A stretch of DNA of 64,000 nucleotides from Mercenaria mercenaria (Eukaryota). The stretch lies in NCBI RefSeq assembly GCF_021730395.1, contig NC_069364.1, positions 83,531,972-83,595,971 of the forward strand, read 5' to 3'. Positions 1-12,714 of this stretch are shown piece after piece. The translations under genes were made by a program, and so were the position numbers. The notes under the pieces were generated by a model. That model did no database searches and had not been told where the DNA came from. It saw only the letters and a list, made by a program, of their open reading frames with translations. Each line of letters starts with the position of its first letter. Within the stretch, counting starts at the first letter, position 1.

Positions 1-327
1 TTGTAAAGTCAGATGTTACATAAATTTGAATCTGTTTCGCGTATGTTTTGCAGTGTGGAAATCAAAATATAATAATAATGCTGCGGGCGTATAGTCCTCC
101 ACATATGCATATTCAAAATCTTTTGGCAGAAAGATACATGTTATGTTTTTTTTATCAAAATCTTTCTGTTATTACAGGGTGGACAAAAATACTTAAAAAT
201 CATGGCCTATTTTCCAGTTCTTCCAGCATAGAAGAGTTGCGTATTAAATAACTTGCCATCAAAACTGATACATTTTTTCTACACTCACATAGATATTTTT
301 TTTAATTATTTTTGATTACCATTTCAG

Positions 328-798
328 CGAAACAGTAGCCCATCTGAATCCCACGTTCAGTGGGCCGACGGTTTCGTAGTAATTTACGACATCTGTGTAA
401 AAGAGACTTTCGAAGCGGCGCGTGGCATCATACACTCCCTTCACAAAATGAAGTCACCGTTTATTGTACCCATGTTGCTTCTCGCGAACAAACGAGACCT
501 CGAACACAGACGAGAAGTGGGTGTGGATGTAGGTCATGAGCTCGCGTTGGAATATGGCTGCCAGTTTTACGAGGTTTCGGCAGCCGATGTTTTTATGCCA
601 ATAAGCATTGCTTATCAGGCACTATTAAGAGACGCAAAGATTACTCAGCAGCAGAGATCAACAATTCTCCGACGCCGGCGGAGTTCTTTAATGACAGTTT
701 CAAAGAAACTTGTTTCTATATTTGGAAAGAAAGAATCTGATTTGGAAAAGAAAAGACCATCATGTGATGCTGTTCCTGATTTTGCATTATCTATTTAA
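328..798 (+). CDS. Terminal coding exon of a Ras-superfamily small GTPase, RERG-like (alternatively RASL11/12-like)
   Basis: Acceptor tttcag ends at 327. In-frame translation: RNSSPSESHVQWADGFVVIYDICVKETFEAARGIIHSLHKMKSPFIVPMLLLANKRDLEHRREVGVDVGHELALEYGCQFYEVSAADVF...ILRRRRSS. It has an NKxD G4 motif (ANKRDL), an ExSA G5 motif (YEVSAA) and a basic RRRRSS tail like the RERG C-terminal half. Stop TAA at 796-798. Upstream exons lie outside the window. Confidence 0.55.
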   Translation, partial: RNSSPSESHVQWADGFVVIYDICVKETFEAARGIIHSLHKMKSPFIVPMLLLANKRDLEHRREVGVDVGHELALEYGCQFYEVSAADVFMPISIAYQALLRDAKITQQQRSTILRRRRSSLMTVSKKLVSIFGKKESDLEKKRPSCDAVPDFALSI

Positions 799-989
799 AT
801 GAGTAATAATGCTTGCCTATATTTTTGGCAATGTGAATCTTTTCATAAAAATATGGTTTACAGTGTTAGTCATTTTGTTAGGTAAATGAATTAAGCATGT
901 GCAAGTTCTTCATGCCACTATAATGATGATTGTTATTACTTTTATTTCATTCTTTTGAAAATATTTATACATGTCTGTGATATTACTGT

Positions 990-995
990 AAATAA
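990..995 (+). promoter_or_regulatory. Candidate AATAAA polyadenylation signal in the 3'UTR of the GTPase gene
   Basis: aataaa about 190 bp downstream of the stop; a second aataaa lies near 1045. No other support. Confidence 0.25.
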
Positions 996-1262
996 ATGCT
1001 TGTTTTCTTCGTCATACTGAGGTATGTATTCAATACAAAACTGCGTAATAAAATGATAAAGCGTTGTATATGAATTATTCCTTATTCAAGTGTATCTATC
1101 AACCATGAGTGCAGTCTAAGAGAAGTCATATCCCTCGTCGCATTGTCTTACAGTAAAAGTAGAGTACATCAGTATTACTCAAGCTGAAATTAGTGAGTTG
1201 ATTACTCATTTGATACAGTTTGTAATTAAATTCCATTTAGTAGTTGCAAAGCTATTGCCTGG

Positions 1263-2201
1263 ACAAAAAGAGCAGTCCGTAAGACAGCGCGCTCCACTCT
1301 TTGGCGATTTGACAGTAAAATGAATTGAAAAAAAAACAGTCCAAGAAACTACATGCACATAAATTATAAAGACTTTGCTAAACTCAAACTATATTTCTAT
1401 TTATTTATTTTTTTTTGTTTTATTTATTATTTTATATATATATATTGTACTAAAGTTATGATCCAAAAAACGAAGATTGCCAAAAAACTTTAAGGATGAA
1501 AGGGGCATAATTCTGTCAAAAATACAATTAGAGTTATGGGGATTGTAACCACACATGCAGATGATGATTATAAAGAAATATATTTAATTTCAAGTCATTA
1601 TCTTTTAAAGTTCCAAAGATATGTCTATAAACGAAGCTTTCGACAACTTGGTGGTCTTGACCTTAGATATAGGCCTAATGGGCCCAGCCCCTGCAATACT
1701 GTGTTTGTATGCTGAACAATGTTTATGTGAAGTTACAGTAAGATATAAGCAATAGCTACAAAAACAAAGGTTGCCGAAAAACTTTAACATTTAGAATAAC
1801 CTAAGTTTAACACCTTGGTGACCTTGCCCTTAGATATAATGGACCCTGTCCCTGCAAATACTTTGTATGTTGGACAATGTTTATGTGAAATTACAGTAAG
1901 ATTAAAGCAATAGTAACAAAGATACGACAGAAAACAAAGGTTGCCGAAAAACTTTAACCTTTAAAATAACCTAAATATAACACCTTGGTGAACTTGACTT
2001 TGGGTATAGCGGGCCCAGCCCCTGCAAATACTTTGTTTGTCTGCTGGGAAATGTTTATGTTAAGTTACAGAAAGATATAAGCAATAGTAACAAAGAAAAA
2101 CAATGGTTGCCGAAAAAATTTAACCAAGAAAGCTCACACCGACGCCGGCACCGACGCCGGGGCTAGTAGAATTGCATCCCTATTATCCGAATAGTGGAGC
2201 T
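1263..2201 (-). mobile_element. Helitron-like non-autonomous element (minus strand) carrying 3 copies of a ~168-bp tandem repeat
   Basis: The reverse complement of 2130-2201 reads TAGCTCCACTATTCGGATAATAGGGATGCAATTCTACTAGCCCCGGCGTCGG. That matches the 5' ends at 52669 (AGCTCGACTATACGAAG...CTACTCGCCCCGGCGTC) and 58200 (minus strand). Plus-strand 1263-1295 (AAAAAGAGCAGTCCGTAAGACAGCGCGCTCC) resembles, in reverse complement, the GACAGCTCTTGTT 3' ends at 53620 and 36010. Confidence 0.35.
1600..2130. repeat. Tandem repeat, period ~168 bp, about 3 copies
   Basis: The unit ACAAAGGTTGCCGAAAAACTTTAAC...CCTGCAAATACTTTGT...GTTTATGTGAAATTACAGTAAGAT recurs at ~1765, 1934 and 2102. Confidence 0.6.
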
Positions 2202-3390
2202 AAAAATGTGGCGGAAACAATACAAAAGGGAAAATGAATTGATCAGGACAGATTTACAATTCTTTAGTACACTCATTGTAATTTACATCATTATGGTATT
2301 TAAAGTTGTTATATACTTCATATTACTTTCTGTAGTAGCAAACGCATCCGCGCAAAGGTAAATATGTACAGAAAGAAATAAAACTTGGAAATAATTCAAG
2401 ACAGACTTCAAAGGGTCTTGCACTGCACATTTTCCCTCATTGACGAGTTCTAAATTACTATTATCATTACACATGATAATGAGCAAAATCATTTTCTGGA
2501 CAAAAAATTTAAAAAAGAAAAACAGCAAGCTATTATTCAGTATGTTTTTATTAAGTCTGCAATCACACCCCACCACCACCCCTATTCATTTTTATCTTTA
2601 ATTCTGTCAAGTTTTATCAAATTTCCTTTTTCAAAACAGTCTCACGGTCTGTATTCAGTATATACATACCTCCTACAGCGACGGATGATACTTTATTCTT
2701 TACATGATACATGTATGAATGAGCAGCTTACGGTTCTCTATGTTTATCTTCAAAAACTGACTTTAAACAACAACAAAAGCTTATATATGAATAAAAAATG
2801 TCGACTTACTTAAATGAAAAGATTGTGTTATGCCTCTGCACAAAACATCACGTGACCATTAAATTATTATTATTATTATCTTTATTTCCCCAATAACTGA
2901 AGATCATTCAATTTACATGATAAATATAAAAGTACAGGAAAGGAACACATTACAAACACAATATAAATAAGTACATTTTTTCGTAAATAACAGTAAATGT
3001 AACGCAGTATTATAGTTACAATATATACAAGTACATTTGTCATTAAGAACTACATCAATATTATATAATGTAATCGGTTAAAACCAAACAGATGAAGAAA
3101 ACAAACATTTGTGTTCTTTTTTTCCCACTAGAACATTAATTGTAGCACACCGAGAAGGCCTAAGATAGCCCTAATCGAAACGAAATATTAAGGCAATGAA
3201 ATCCAATCTAGCAGAAGTTGACGATAACATCACAGACTTACGTATGATACGAAAAAATCGTTTAAACGAATGTAAGATCGCTAATGTTTCATGATTAATG
3301 CAACAAAGTAAGATAAGAACAAGAGTTGTCCGTAAGACAGCACCCTCGACTTTTCTCAGTGCTTGATTCTTAGAGCTTTGCCAGTAAAAG

Positions 3391-3960
3391 GGGCATATAT
3401 CTGTCAAAATTCTAATCAGAGTTATGGGGGTTGTTTCTTTAGGTGTAACCTTTGATAGTAAATAATTATTTTAAGTTTCAAGTCAATAGCTTTGATAGTA
3501 ACAGAGATATTGGACGTTATATAAAACTTTAACTTAAAAAGGGACATAACTCTGTCAAAATTCAAATCAGAGTTATGGGGGTTATTTCTCCTGGTGTAGA
3601 TTTTGATAGTAAATAACTGTTTTAAGTTTCAAGTCAAAAGCTTAGATAGTAACAGAGATATACGTCTTCATCAAAAACTTTAACCAAAATATTCTAAGTT
3701 AAAAAGGGACATAACTCTGTCAAAATTCAAACAGAGTTATGGGGGTTGTTTCTCCTGGTGTAGATTTTGATAGTAAATAACTATTTCAAGTTTCAAGTCA
3801 AAAGCTTAGATAGTAACAGAGATATTCGTCTTCATCAAAAACTTTAACCAAAATATTCTAAGTTAAAAAGGGGCATAACTCTGTCAAAATTCAATCAGAG
3901 TTATGGGGATTGTTTCTCCTGATGTGTAGACTGTGATATTAAATAACCGTTTCAAGTTTC
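3391..3960. repeat. Tandem repeat, period ~150-165 bp, about 3.5 copies
   Basis: The monomer GGGCATAACTCTGTCAAAATTCAAATCAGAGTTATGGGGG...GATAGTAAATAAC...TTTCAAGTCAA...GATAGTAACAGAGATAT recurs at 3391, 3541, 3706 and 3871. Related single monomers occur at 1480-1560 and 6040-6190, flanking the LINE fragment. AACAAGAGTTGTCCGTAAGACAGC at 3318 looks like the 3' terminus of a minus-strand Helitron-like element that carries the array. Confidence 0.55.
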
Positions 3961-4339
3961 AAGGCAAAAACTGAAACTGAAACTGTTTTATTTGATTAAA
4001 CGCCTATTTTTACGCAAAACATATTCAATGGCGTCAAAAACATAAAAATACGACAAGAATAAGATATTTAATGACATATAACATAAATGAACATAAATAT
4101 CATTGTGAATAAACTATTTAGTAAGCATTAAAAAAAGATCAGACATCAGATAAGATTAATAAAATATTAGAATATTAAGATACAGTAAGACAGCTGTTTG
4201 TTATTAAGTAAGAATAAGTGGGCTATTGCGACATGCCCAGAAGTTATTACAAACAACTGTATTTTGTATTTGTTATAATATAGTTCATATTCGAATATAT
4301 TTACACAATAAAATCATCCAGTTCACGTTACTTCAATCT

Positions 4340-6020
4340 CTTAAAAATTACAGTCACAGTCTCTAAAAGAGTGCAAAGTAATTTCCAAAATAATGAGTTT
4401 TCAACTTCTTTTTGAAAACATCTATTGTGTCTGAGTTCCTTATTTCGAGAGGCAATTCATTCCAGAGTTTAGGTCCAACAGTACCAGAACTTCTGTCGCT
4501 GAACGTTTTGCGCTTGTCGAAAGGAACAACGAAACACCCAGTAACGGAATTTGAAGAACGCAAGTTCCTTGTCTGTGTTTGTTTTATGAGAAGTTCAGAA
4601 AGATGTTCTGGAGAGTTTCCAGCTGAACAATTATACATGTAGGTGAGCATTTTGAATGTGATTCTGGCTTTGATTGGTAGCCAGTGAAGGTCATACAGCG
4701 CTTGCTTGGAACTGTCATATTTTCTTCGATTTAGGACAAGTTTTGCACACATGTTCTGAATTCGTTGCATTTTGTTTGCTTCGCTTTGAGCAATACCATA
4801 CAGATTGACATTACAATAATCTAAATGGGATATCACCAATGACAGGACAAGGGTTTCGGTAGCCTCTTTGCTACCGGATACATTTTATTCTGAAGTAGTT
4901 GAGCATTGCTGTTCTACACTTTCGTTTTACATGCTCTTTTAGATTCAAGTTTTCATCCAGGAATGCACCTAGATATCGAATAAAGCTCACTGATTTCACT
5001 TCATCACCTACAATGCATACTTTGTCAGTTGAACATTTAGAGAGCTGTTGCCTACTACCAAACATGATGAACTCGGTTTTGAAAGTGTTCCTTTTAAGCT
5101 TATTTTCATTCGTCCAGTTGTTGATTGTTTTGGCACATAGTTCAAGATCTCGTATTGCCTGGGATTCTACTGTTAGAGATGATGGTTTAAAGCGTTTATT
5201 AGCAGTGTGGTCATCCGCAAAGCCGTAAACTGAAATCGACGGCGGAATAACATCAAACAGTGTCCCCGCATATGTCAAATATAGCCACGGTCCTAAGCAG
5301 CTCCCTTGTGGAACGCTACAATTTAATTGGCGTGGAAATGACATTGAACTGAACTTACACACGACAACTTCTGGGCGCAGATAGGAATCAACCCAGCTCA
5401 GTGCTGTTCCACGAACGCCATACTGCTTGTTTAACACATCAACAAGAATGTCATGATCTACAGTATCAAAAGCGGCACTGAGATCGATGCAATTAGCGCC
5501 GTAACTTCTTTCTTCTCCATAGCATCCAGTAAATCATTTACAAGACGTAACAGTGCTGATTCGCAAGAATGGTTTTTCCTGTAAGCAGATTGTTTTTTTG
5601 GTAGAAGATTGTTTTTGTTTACATGATCATTGAGCCTGAACAGAGCTGCTTTTACAATTAATTTTGACAGAAACGATAGATTACTAACAGGCCTGTAGTT
5701 TGCGAATTCAAGTTCCAGTCCCATTTTCTTCAACAAAGGTCTTACAATTGCCTGTTTCCATTTTGTTGGAAAGATGCCGTCGCGCAACGACAAATTTACA
5801 AATTTGGTAATAACAGGCAGCAACTCATCTAAGTACGATTTTAGCACTTTTGTTGGTAGAATATCAAGTTCACATGATTTTGTCTGTAGTTGGTTTATAA
5901 GTTTTCTAACTTCTTCCTCGCTCAGATCTTTAAAACTGTCAAAACAAAGAATATCTTTTTCGCATGGTTGAAACTTATCGAAATGTTTGATAATGACAGA
6001 AATATTTGACTTTATCAAAA
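4340..6020 (-). mobile_element. 5'-truncated, frameshifted CR1/L2-like LINE fragment (RT plus C-terminal domain)
   Basis: Three minus-strand ORFs read in order. 5458-6018 has the RT N-terminal motifs ([19 protein letters not shown]). 4871-5437 has FADDHT (the RT YxDD box). 4363-4839 has the characteristic CR1-type tail (LHWLPIKARITFK...RNLRSS...LWNELPLEIRNSDTIDVFKKKLKTHYF). Confidence 0.7.
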
Positions 6021-6734
6021 CCTTTTACCAAAAATTTCTAAGTTAAAAAGGGGCATAAATCTGTCAAAATTCAAACAAATTTATGGGTATTGTTACTCCC
6101 GGTTTTAGACTGTGATAGTAAATAACCATTTTAAGTTTAAAGTCAATAGCTCTGATAGTAACAGAGATATTTGACTTTATCAAAAACTTTAACCAAAAGT
6201 CGATCGATCCCTCTCCGGTAACATGCGATATACCGAATGATATATTTTACTATCGAATTAAAAAAATGTGTACTTCCGACACTCGCACAGAGCGTCTGAC
6301 TTCGGATTTTTTTGGAAGAATACGCCTTTTCCTTGTGCCCAATAAGCGTCCACATACATCTAACTTGTCCGAACCGCACATCAGTACAAATACGGGCAGT
6401 CTTGTTTTTATTCCAAAATCTACCTTTAAATTGATAGGGAATCGATCCTGAGCGAAGCGACGAAAATCGGGATCGATGCCTCTACAGTAACATGCGATAT
6501 ACCGAATGAGATATTTACTATCGGCTTGAAAAATGTGTCATTCGGTCCATGCCGTCATTAGACAGTTCTTTTCAAATGATATGGGATGAGTTGAAGTCGG
6601 ATCGATCCCCGAATTTCATATTAGGTACGATACTAATACTAGGTCGGTCAACGTAAAATATTTAATGGTAAGCACCATATTACCCAAGTTAAGAATAATC
6701 GTGTAAACGTACCCTTTAAAAAGATTATATATAC

Positions 6735-7250
6735 GTACGAAATACATATCGACGGTGTCGATCGAAAATCCCGAATAACGAAAATGCCTATTTTTTTCTT
6801 TGCCGAATAATATTCAGCATTTTCCCGCGCACATTCTCTCCAAATCTGGGGTCAATAAGCCAATGGGAAAGGGGTGAAACGCGAAGAAATAAAATACCGA
6901 ATAATGAAAAAAATAGAAAATGTCGATTGATTTCGCTGTTTGGAAAAAAAGCCGAATGGTGAATTTCAACATTTTCTTAAGTTACAAGTGTCTGTTCAAT
7001 ATTTTTCAATACTCAAGCACGTAGCTCATCCAAATACCAATTAGCATTGCAAGTATGGATGTTCTGTGTTGTTTACTTTTTCAGAAATTGATCTGAAAAA
7101 TTCATTATTCGGTATTTTATTTTTGATTTAGAAAAGGCGGGAAAAACATTAAATATTAGTTTTTTGCCTCTCCTGAAAACCACCTTTTCATTTTTCGGGA
7201 TTTTCGATCGACACCGTCGATATGTGTATTTGCCTATTATGAATAGTCGA
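6735..7250. mobile_element. MITE-like palindromic element with ~45-bp terminal inverted repeats
   Basis: 6740-6785 (GAAATACATATCGACGGTGTCGATCGAAAATCCCGAATAACGAAAATG) is the reverse complement of 7190-7240 (CATTTTTCGGGATTTTCGATCGACACCGTCGATATGTGTATTTG). An inner second inverted repeat (CGAATAATATTCAGCATTTTCCCGC versus GCGGGAAAAACATTAAATATTA) is also present. There is no ORF. Confidence 0.45.
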
Positions 7251-7905
7251 TTTTATCTTACATACAATATATAGACAAATTTTGCCGGTTGACACCCGAG
7301 TATAAATAAAAATTTATATATTGTACATAGAGCAACGCAATTTTTAGTCCAACCCGAGTGAGGTACGTAGTTATACGCAGATCTCGATGCACTTTAGGTT
7401 AATGGGTCGTGTGCCTTTTCAATGTGAGCTCGTGTATTTTGATAGAAAAAGATGATTGACATATTATCTACTAGATACTACAATTGAACATGATGTCTTT
7501 CTAATTCTCCCACCGTGATTGAAGGTACACACGCATTGCATTTGTACACTATAAACCTTAAACCTAACTTTAACCGTTAGTCAGTATAGATCTATTATAC
7601 ACCATTTGGCAGGTAAAGAACTATCCTTCAAATTAAACCTGAACATAGACGCTTGTTTAATATTGTTTTTGTTAAACACCTTTTAACACGGAACAGGAAT
7701 ATTTTGAAATAATTCTTTCGAGATGCAGCGTTTTTTTAATGCTGGTTTCAAAACATAGACAGTTTAACAGATTTGTTTTCATACTACTAAACTTTTGAAT
7801 GATAATGCACAATTACAATATCACTTGGCGCAACGCATTAGTTCAATGTCACCCGCGTAGTCAATGACGCTTGAAGTATCTTGAAGGATAGTTCTTCAAA
7901 AAATC

Positions 7906-9555
7906 ATGAGTAAAATAAATGCGTTGAAATCCACGCTTTATATGAAAATAAATACTACAGAAGATGTATCCAGAATCAGAAATTGTTTCGAAAAGTGTGA
8001 TAGAGAACAGTTATTATCGTGGACGGATAAGAATGGCTACGATATTCTTCATCATGCTATCATGTCAGAGAACATTGAAGCGGTTGGAATAATCTTTGCT
8101 CTTGGTCACTTTAAACCACCGCACGAGCCAAAATTTCATTCTTATATACATCTGGCAGCAAACTTTGGAAACAGAACAATAGTGGCTATGCTTTTGCAAG
8201 AAAGACCACGCGATTATTCTACGAAGAAAACAAAATTCAAATGGGTTAATCCTCCGACAGAGGCACCACAGTATTCTTCTGATGGAACGAGTATGGCGAC
8301 ACCTCTAGATGTTGCCGCAGAAAGTGGACATGTTGCATGTGTGAGATCAATTTTGGATGTATCTTCTGTGAAAACCAAGTTGGAATTTGGATCAGATAAT
8401 CATTTATCTGCAGCATGTGCTAGCAATTCTCCTTCTGCTCTACGTCTGTTGCTCAAACAAAAAACATCATCTGATGATCTTAAGTCAGCAGTAGGCACAG
8501 CTTTAAAGCTTGCAAATGCAGAATGTTTAGATGTTCTTCTAAGATGTAATCCATCTCTGGCCTCACTTTTCAGTGGGATGAACTTGTACCACGTACTTTA
8601 CTCATACAGCTTGTCATTTAAGAAGGAATGGTACGAATCTCTACTGACAGTGACCTCTGTCTTACTTAAGTACAAGCAGAACCCTGTAGTAAATATCCCG
8701 TTTCGCACTTACCCCCTGTACAGTTTACTTAGCCATACACCAGCCTCCGACTTCGGTAAATCGTCTCCATATATAGTAGCATGTATGGTTGTTCTACTGA
8801 ATGCAGGAGTTGACCCAAATTTCAACGAGGTTAAGTTTGAGGCTGAACACGAATCGTTGCAGATACAATCAGCGTTTGGTAGATCTGCATACCCATCCGC
8901 GCTTCATTGCCTTTACGACAATGTAACAACATTAGTTAGACACTTTGAGGATGATGCCACAAACATTAAACGCTTTGTTACCAAGTGTACAGAAACTTTA
9001 TTACGTCATGGCGTTGATCCTTCAGTACGAGGCCCCATAGGCGACATGCCCAGTAGTTTGGTAGGAAATGCATTACATGCATTTTTGAAAGTTTCGATAT
9101 TGCTTGGATTGGATGAACGCAGCATTACCGTGTTTCGGCTGTTGATGCAAAATGGATCTGATCCGAATGAAAATGTGTCGGGAAAATATCCTCTTAACAC
9201 ATTCTGTGACGAGATTTTAACACATTCTAAAAGGTTTGAAAAACTACCAAAATCTGAAGAAACTGCACAGTCTGAATACGTTAGAGAGGTTGCTGTAACC
9301 CTGCTAGACAATATGACAATGTCGTCTGTCAGCAGCGCGTGCAAAGTGGAATTTGGCGGGAAACCCATTCATGAACTACAGAAGAAACTTTTTAAAACAT
9401 GTAAAGACGAGATGCAGAAGAGATCTTCCACAGTTTGGAACTTAAAAGTTCTCTGTAGACTGAGCATTTTGCAAGCATGTGAATGGCAATCGACAAAGGT
9501 GGTTGAGCTACCCATACCGACAGCGTTGAAAAAATACATAAATCATGTAGATTAA
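7906..9555 (+). CDS. Intronless ORF encoding an ankyrin-repeat plus SOCS-box (ASB-like) protein, 549 aa
   Basis: The ORF is uninterrupted. N-terminal ankyrin-like repeats include GYDILHHAIMSENIEAVGIIFALG, SYIHLAANFGNRTIVAMLL and TPLDVAAESGHVACVRSIL. The C-terminus NLKVLCRLSILQACEWQSTKVVELPIPTALKKYINHV fits a SOCS box (BC box xLxxLCRxxI plus Cul box LPIPxxLxxYI). Confidence 0.6.
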   Translation: MSKINALKSTLYMKINTTEDVSRIRNCFEKCDREQLLSWTDKNGYDILHHAIMSENIEAVGIIFALGHFKPPHEPKFHSYIHLAANFGNRTIVAMLLQERPRDYSTKKTKFKWVNPPTEAPQYSSDGTSMATPLDVAAESGHVACVRSILDVSSVKTKLEFGSDNHLSAACASNSPSALRLLLKQKTSSDDLKSAVGTALKLANAECLDVLLRCNPSLASLFSGMNLYHVLYSYSLSFKKEWYESLLTVTSVLLKYKQNPVVNIPFRTYPLYSLLSHTPASDFGKSSPYIVACMVVLLNAGVDPNFNEVKFEAEHESLQIQSAFGRSAYPSALHCLYDNVTTLVRHFEDDATNIKRFVTKCTETLLRHGVDPSVRGPIGDMPSSLVGNALHAFLKVSILLGLDERSITVFRLLMQNGSDPNENVSGKYPLNTFCDEILTHSKRFEKLPKSEETAQSEYVREVAVTLLDNMTMSSVSSACKVEFGGKPIHELQKKLFKTCKDEMQKRSSTVWNLKVLCRLSILQACEWQSTKVVELPIPTALKKYINHVD

Positions 9556-11516
9556 GTTGTATTGAAAGGGGCTGCACGTGAAAACCCGTATGGCTAACGG
9601 TGAACTTTAAGCATTTATAAGGTTTGTTATGGATTGCTGTCTTGTTTTTAGATAAGAAGTGTTTTGAAGTTGTGTTAAAGACATTTGAGAAGATTCGCAT
9701 TTATGTGACTGACAGTCTGCAAAAATATTTAACTAAATTGAAGCCAAATAATTTGCGACTGGACTACATGTGTATATCTTTGCCTTGAAATAGCCATATG
9801 AAAACGAAGTTTTACTTTAAAGCATTTCGAATTTTGTTATCAAAGGACTGATTTATTTATTTAATGGCTTGGGGTATTTCATAAACTATGTATGGCCTAG
9901 AGACAGTATAACAATTTAAATGCTGACATAATACATAATGTACTGTTAAAACGTTAAATTTATTCTGTCTTTAAAAACAGACATTCGTTAATATGATTTT
10001 GATCACTTAAAAAAGTTATTTCTTGATTTTATTCATTAAACGATTGTCTGAATTTAATATTACACATTAACCAAACAAAAGCCAACATACAGGATAGGTC
10101 TGTGCATTATTGTACATAAGGAAGACTGCTAAATCTGTTCAGTAAATTTTTTGTTGTCGGTTGAAATTTTTCTTTTCTGCAAACAACTAAAACCACACAC
10201 CAAGGCATTTAGATGTTATGCGTGTTCGATACTTGCCCATTGCCTCCTTATAAGAGCATTGCTTGCTGCTCTTGTAACAAGACAATAATACCCGTGTCCT
10301 CTTCATGCTCGATCTTTTTCCTATCTGTATGACCGCAATAGAGTTGTAGGATGTATAATTTTGCTTGGAAAAGGTGGTTCAAGTCAAAAGTATACCAGAT
10401 CTTTTGTAATTGTAAATAAAACATGAAAAAAGAAGTGTAAAATACTAAGCGAGTACGTAGTCTTTAAGTTATTGTATATTTTGCTTGCACTTTACTTCCT
10501 CATGTATACAAGGATTAATTATTACACAATAGGAAGAATTTTAGTTGCGCGTTATGTCTTACACTTCTTATATCAGCCTGAATGGCGCTGTTTATAATTT
10601 TGATATTTAACAGAAGTCGCTACCCGTTTTAAAGATATTTGTAAAATATCAAAAGTTACTTCTAGAATTTTGTCAAAACAGTTTCTGGAACGAGGGATCT
10701 TTTGCCCTTTAATCTAAGTTAGTTCTGCACGTTTTGAAAGACGTAACGTCATTATCCGTAAAACATAGAATAAAACTCAGTTCCGGCATAAGGAGTCGCA
10801 AATCTGACCACGAACCCTAATGTTAATATCTAAAATAAGCAAGGTCCCAATGTATGGGTAGATAAATCGTTTTATTATCAGAGTACGGTAAATGTTTGTG
10901 AGGCACAATGATTATGTTTAATGGATAAATTCCTTCATTCTACAGTGACTTTCTAGATTAGCCTTCTCGTATCTTTAATATAATCGTGTTTCACGCTCAT
11001 AGTATGCCCAAACCTGATGTAAGTGAGCTTTGCTATGTGCGATGTAGGTTTTCGTTAGTTTGTATAGCGTGTAGGAATAAAATGGTAAAATCACCTGTGT
11101 TGTATTGTTTGTAAAAACTACGAACAGTACATGTTATATATAGAGGATATTACATGAGTGTCTTTTCATATTGAATTTATTAAACGAGTTGAATAAAATA
11201 ATAAAATGCGAGGCTCTGCCGAGCTTTTTATCAATTTTATTCAACGAGTTGAATAAATTCAATGTGGAAAGTCACAAATGTAATATTCTTTTTTGTTAGC
11301 CTTTCTTGTCGAAACATCAAAAATCGACTTTCTTTTACCATATAAACAAGACAATTTGACCGACGTCGCCTAAACTATAAATGACGTCGACGTCAAAGCT
11401 TTATTACACTAGTGTATTATCATTTTTATTTAATGGCTTTATTGCACTCCCGCGACGTCAAAAATGTGATAAATCCAAATAAGTGTTTAGAAATAATTAA
11501 CCAAATTATGGAGGTA

Positions 11517-11755
11517 GTATAGAGATGGAGTGCGGACGAAAGCACTTTATAGGTACTTTGAGTGAAACTGCGGTTTTTGTCTATAAGTACTTGTCAATTA
11601 GTAACAATTAGTCTTAATCACATAACTTGTCTTTTATATAGAGATGGAGTGCGGACGAAAGCACTTTATAGGTACTTTGAGTGAAACTGCTGTTTTTGTC
11701 TATAAGTACTTGTCAATTAGTAACAATTAATCACATAACTTGTCTTTTATTATGG
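11517..11755. repeat. Tandem duplication, 2 x ~122 bp
   Basis: TATAGAGATGGAGTGCGGACGAAAGCACTTTATAGGTACTTTGAGTGAAACTGC...CTTGTCTTTTAT occurs twice in direct succession. Confidence 0.6.
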
Positions 11756-12714
11756 AGTTAACAAACTAGAACCAAAGAGCTATAAAAATAATTTGTATTT
11801 TATACTTCTTTGCTAGAACCAATAAACAGTCGGAGTAATCCTATATTGGGATCGGGATGGTCCAATATTTTCCGAAACGCATTCTAATCCTAATGGTTAT
11901 TTTGTAGAAGCTTGTATCATAGCACTAAATATATATCCTTTTTGACTTAACATTAATGGTCCGTCGACATATTTCATGTTGTTTGGGGAAATATTTTTTT
12001 AAAGAAAATGTTAAGGAAAGTTACGAAAATAGATTTCGACGGACTTGATTTAAGTAATAATGATTGGCCGTATTTTATGTATTTTTCACGTGCGAATATG
12101 CAAAATGCGAATTTGAGTAGTTGCAATACTCATTTGCCGATTCGATCAGACCGTGTCCCTGGACAGCTTTGTCCAGAATAATAAGAACAGAGAAATGTAT
12201 ATTTAAGGCGTTTTTGCGCTTTGTTAAAACTAAAATCACAATTTGCATGCGCTGATTGAAGGTACTCTCGATTAGTATGAAGTAAACGTTGTGCTGAACA
12301 GCGATTAATTTAATGGCAGGTTCAGGACCGAACGAGGGTCGGGTAAGAAACCTTTGCAACATCTGAGCGACCTTATAGACCTGAAAGAAAATCTTTGCAG
12401 ATACAGCGGAGAGGGGATTACACTTCACATAGACTTGCTCTCGTCCCTATATTTGTTCAGTCGTATTTCTCGTTATAAGTTTTCTTCAGTAACAGTGGAA
12501 TTAACTCCAGCAAGTTCTTTCTATATTGACATTTTTTTATTGTCCCTTGTTCCGAGCACGGGGTTCAGCCATCAGATTAAAAAGTTTAAAATGAATAGTC
12601 AGTGGTTGCAGAGATTAACCCGTTAGACAGCGGATGAAAATGGCATGATTGCCTTGTAAGGGGGATAAGATAATCTTCGACGGGGATCAGTTGATTTGTT
12701 ATTTTATACATAAC

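Noticed and set aside
9006-9368. Antisense ORF inside the ASB-like gene
   Set aside because: It lies fully within the longer sense ORF, which has recognisable domains. It has no features of its own.
12075-12626. ORFs 12075-12428 (-) and 12354-12626 (+)
   Set aside because: No recognisable motifs and no splice or poly-A context. They are overlapping and AT-rich, and probably random ORFs.
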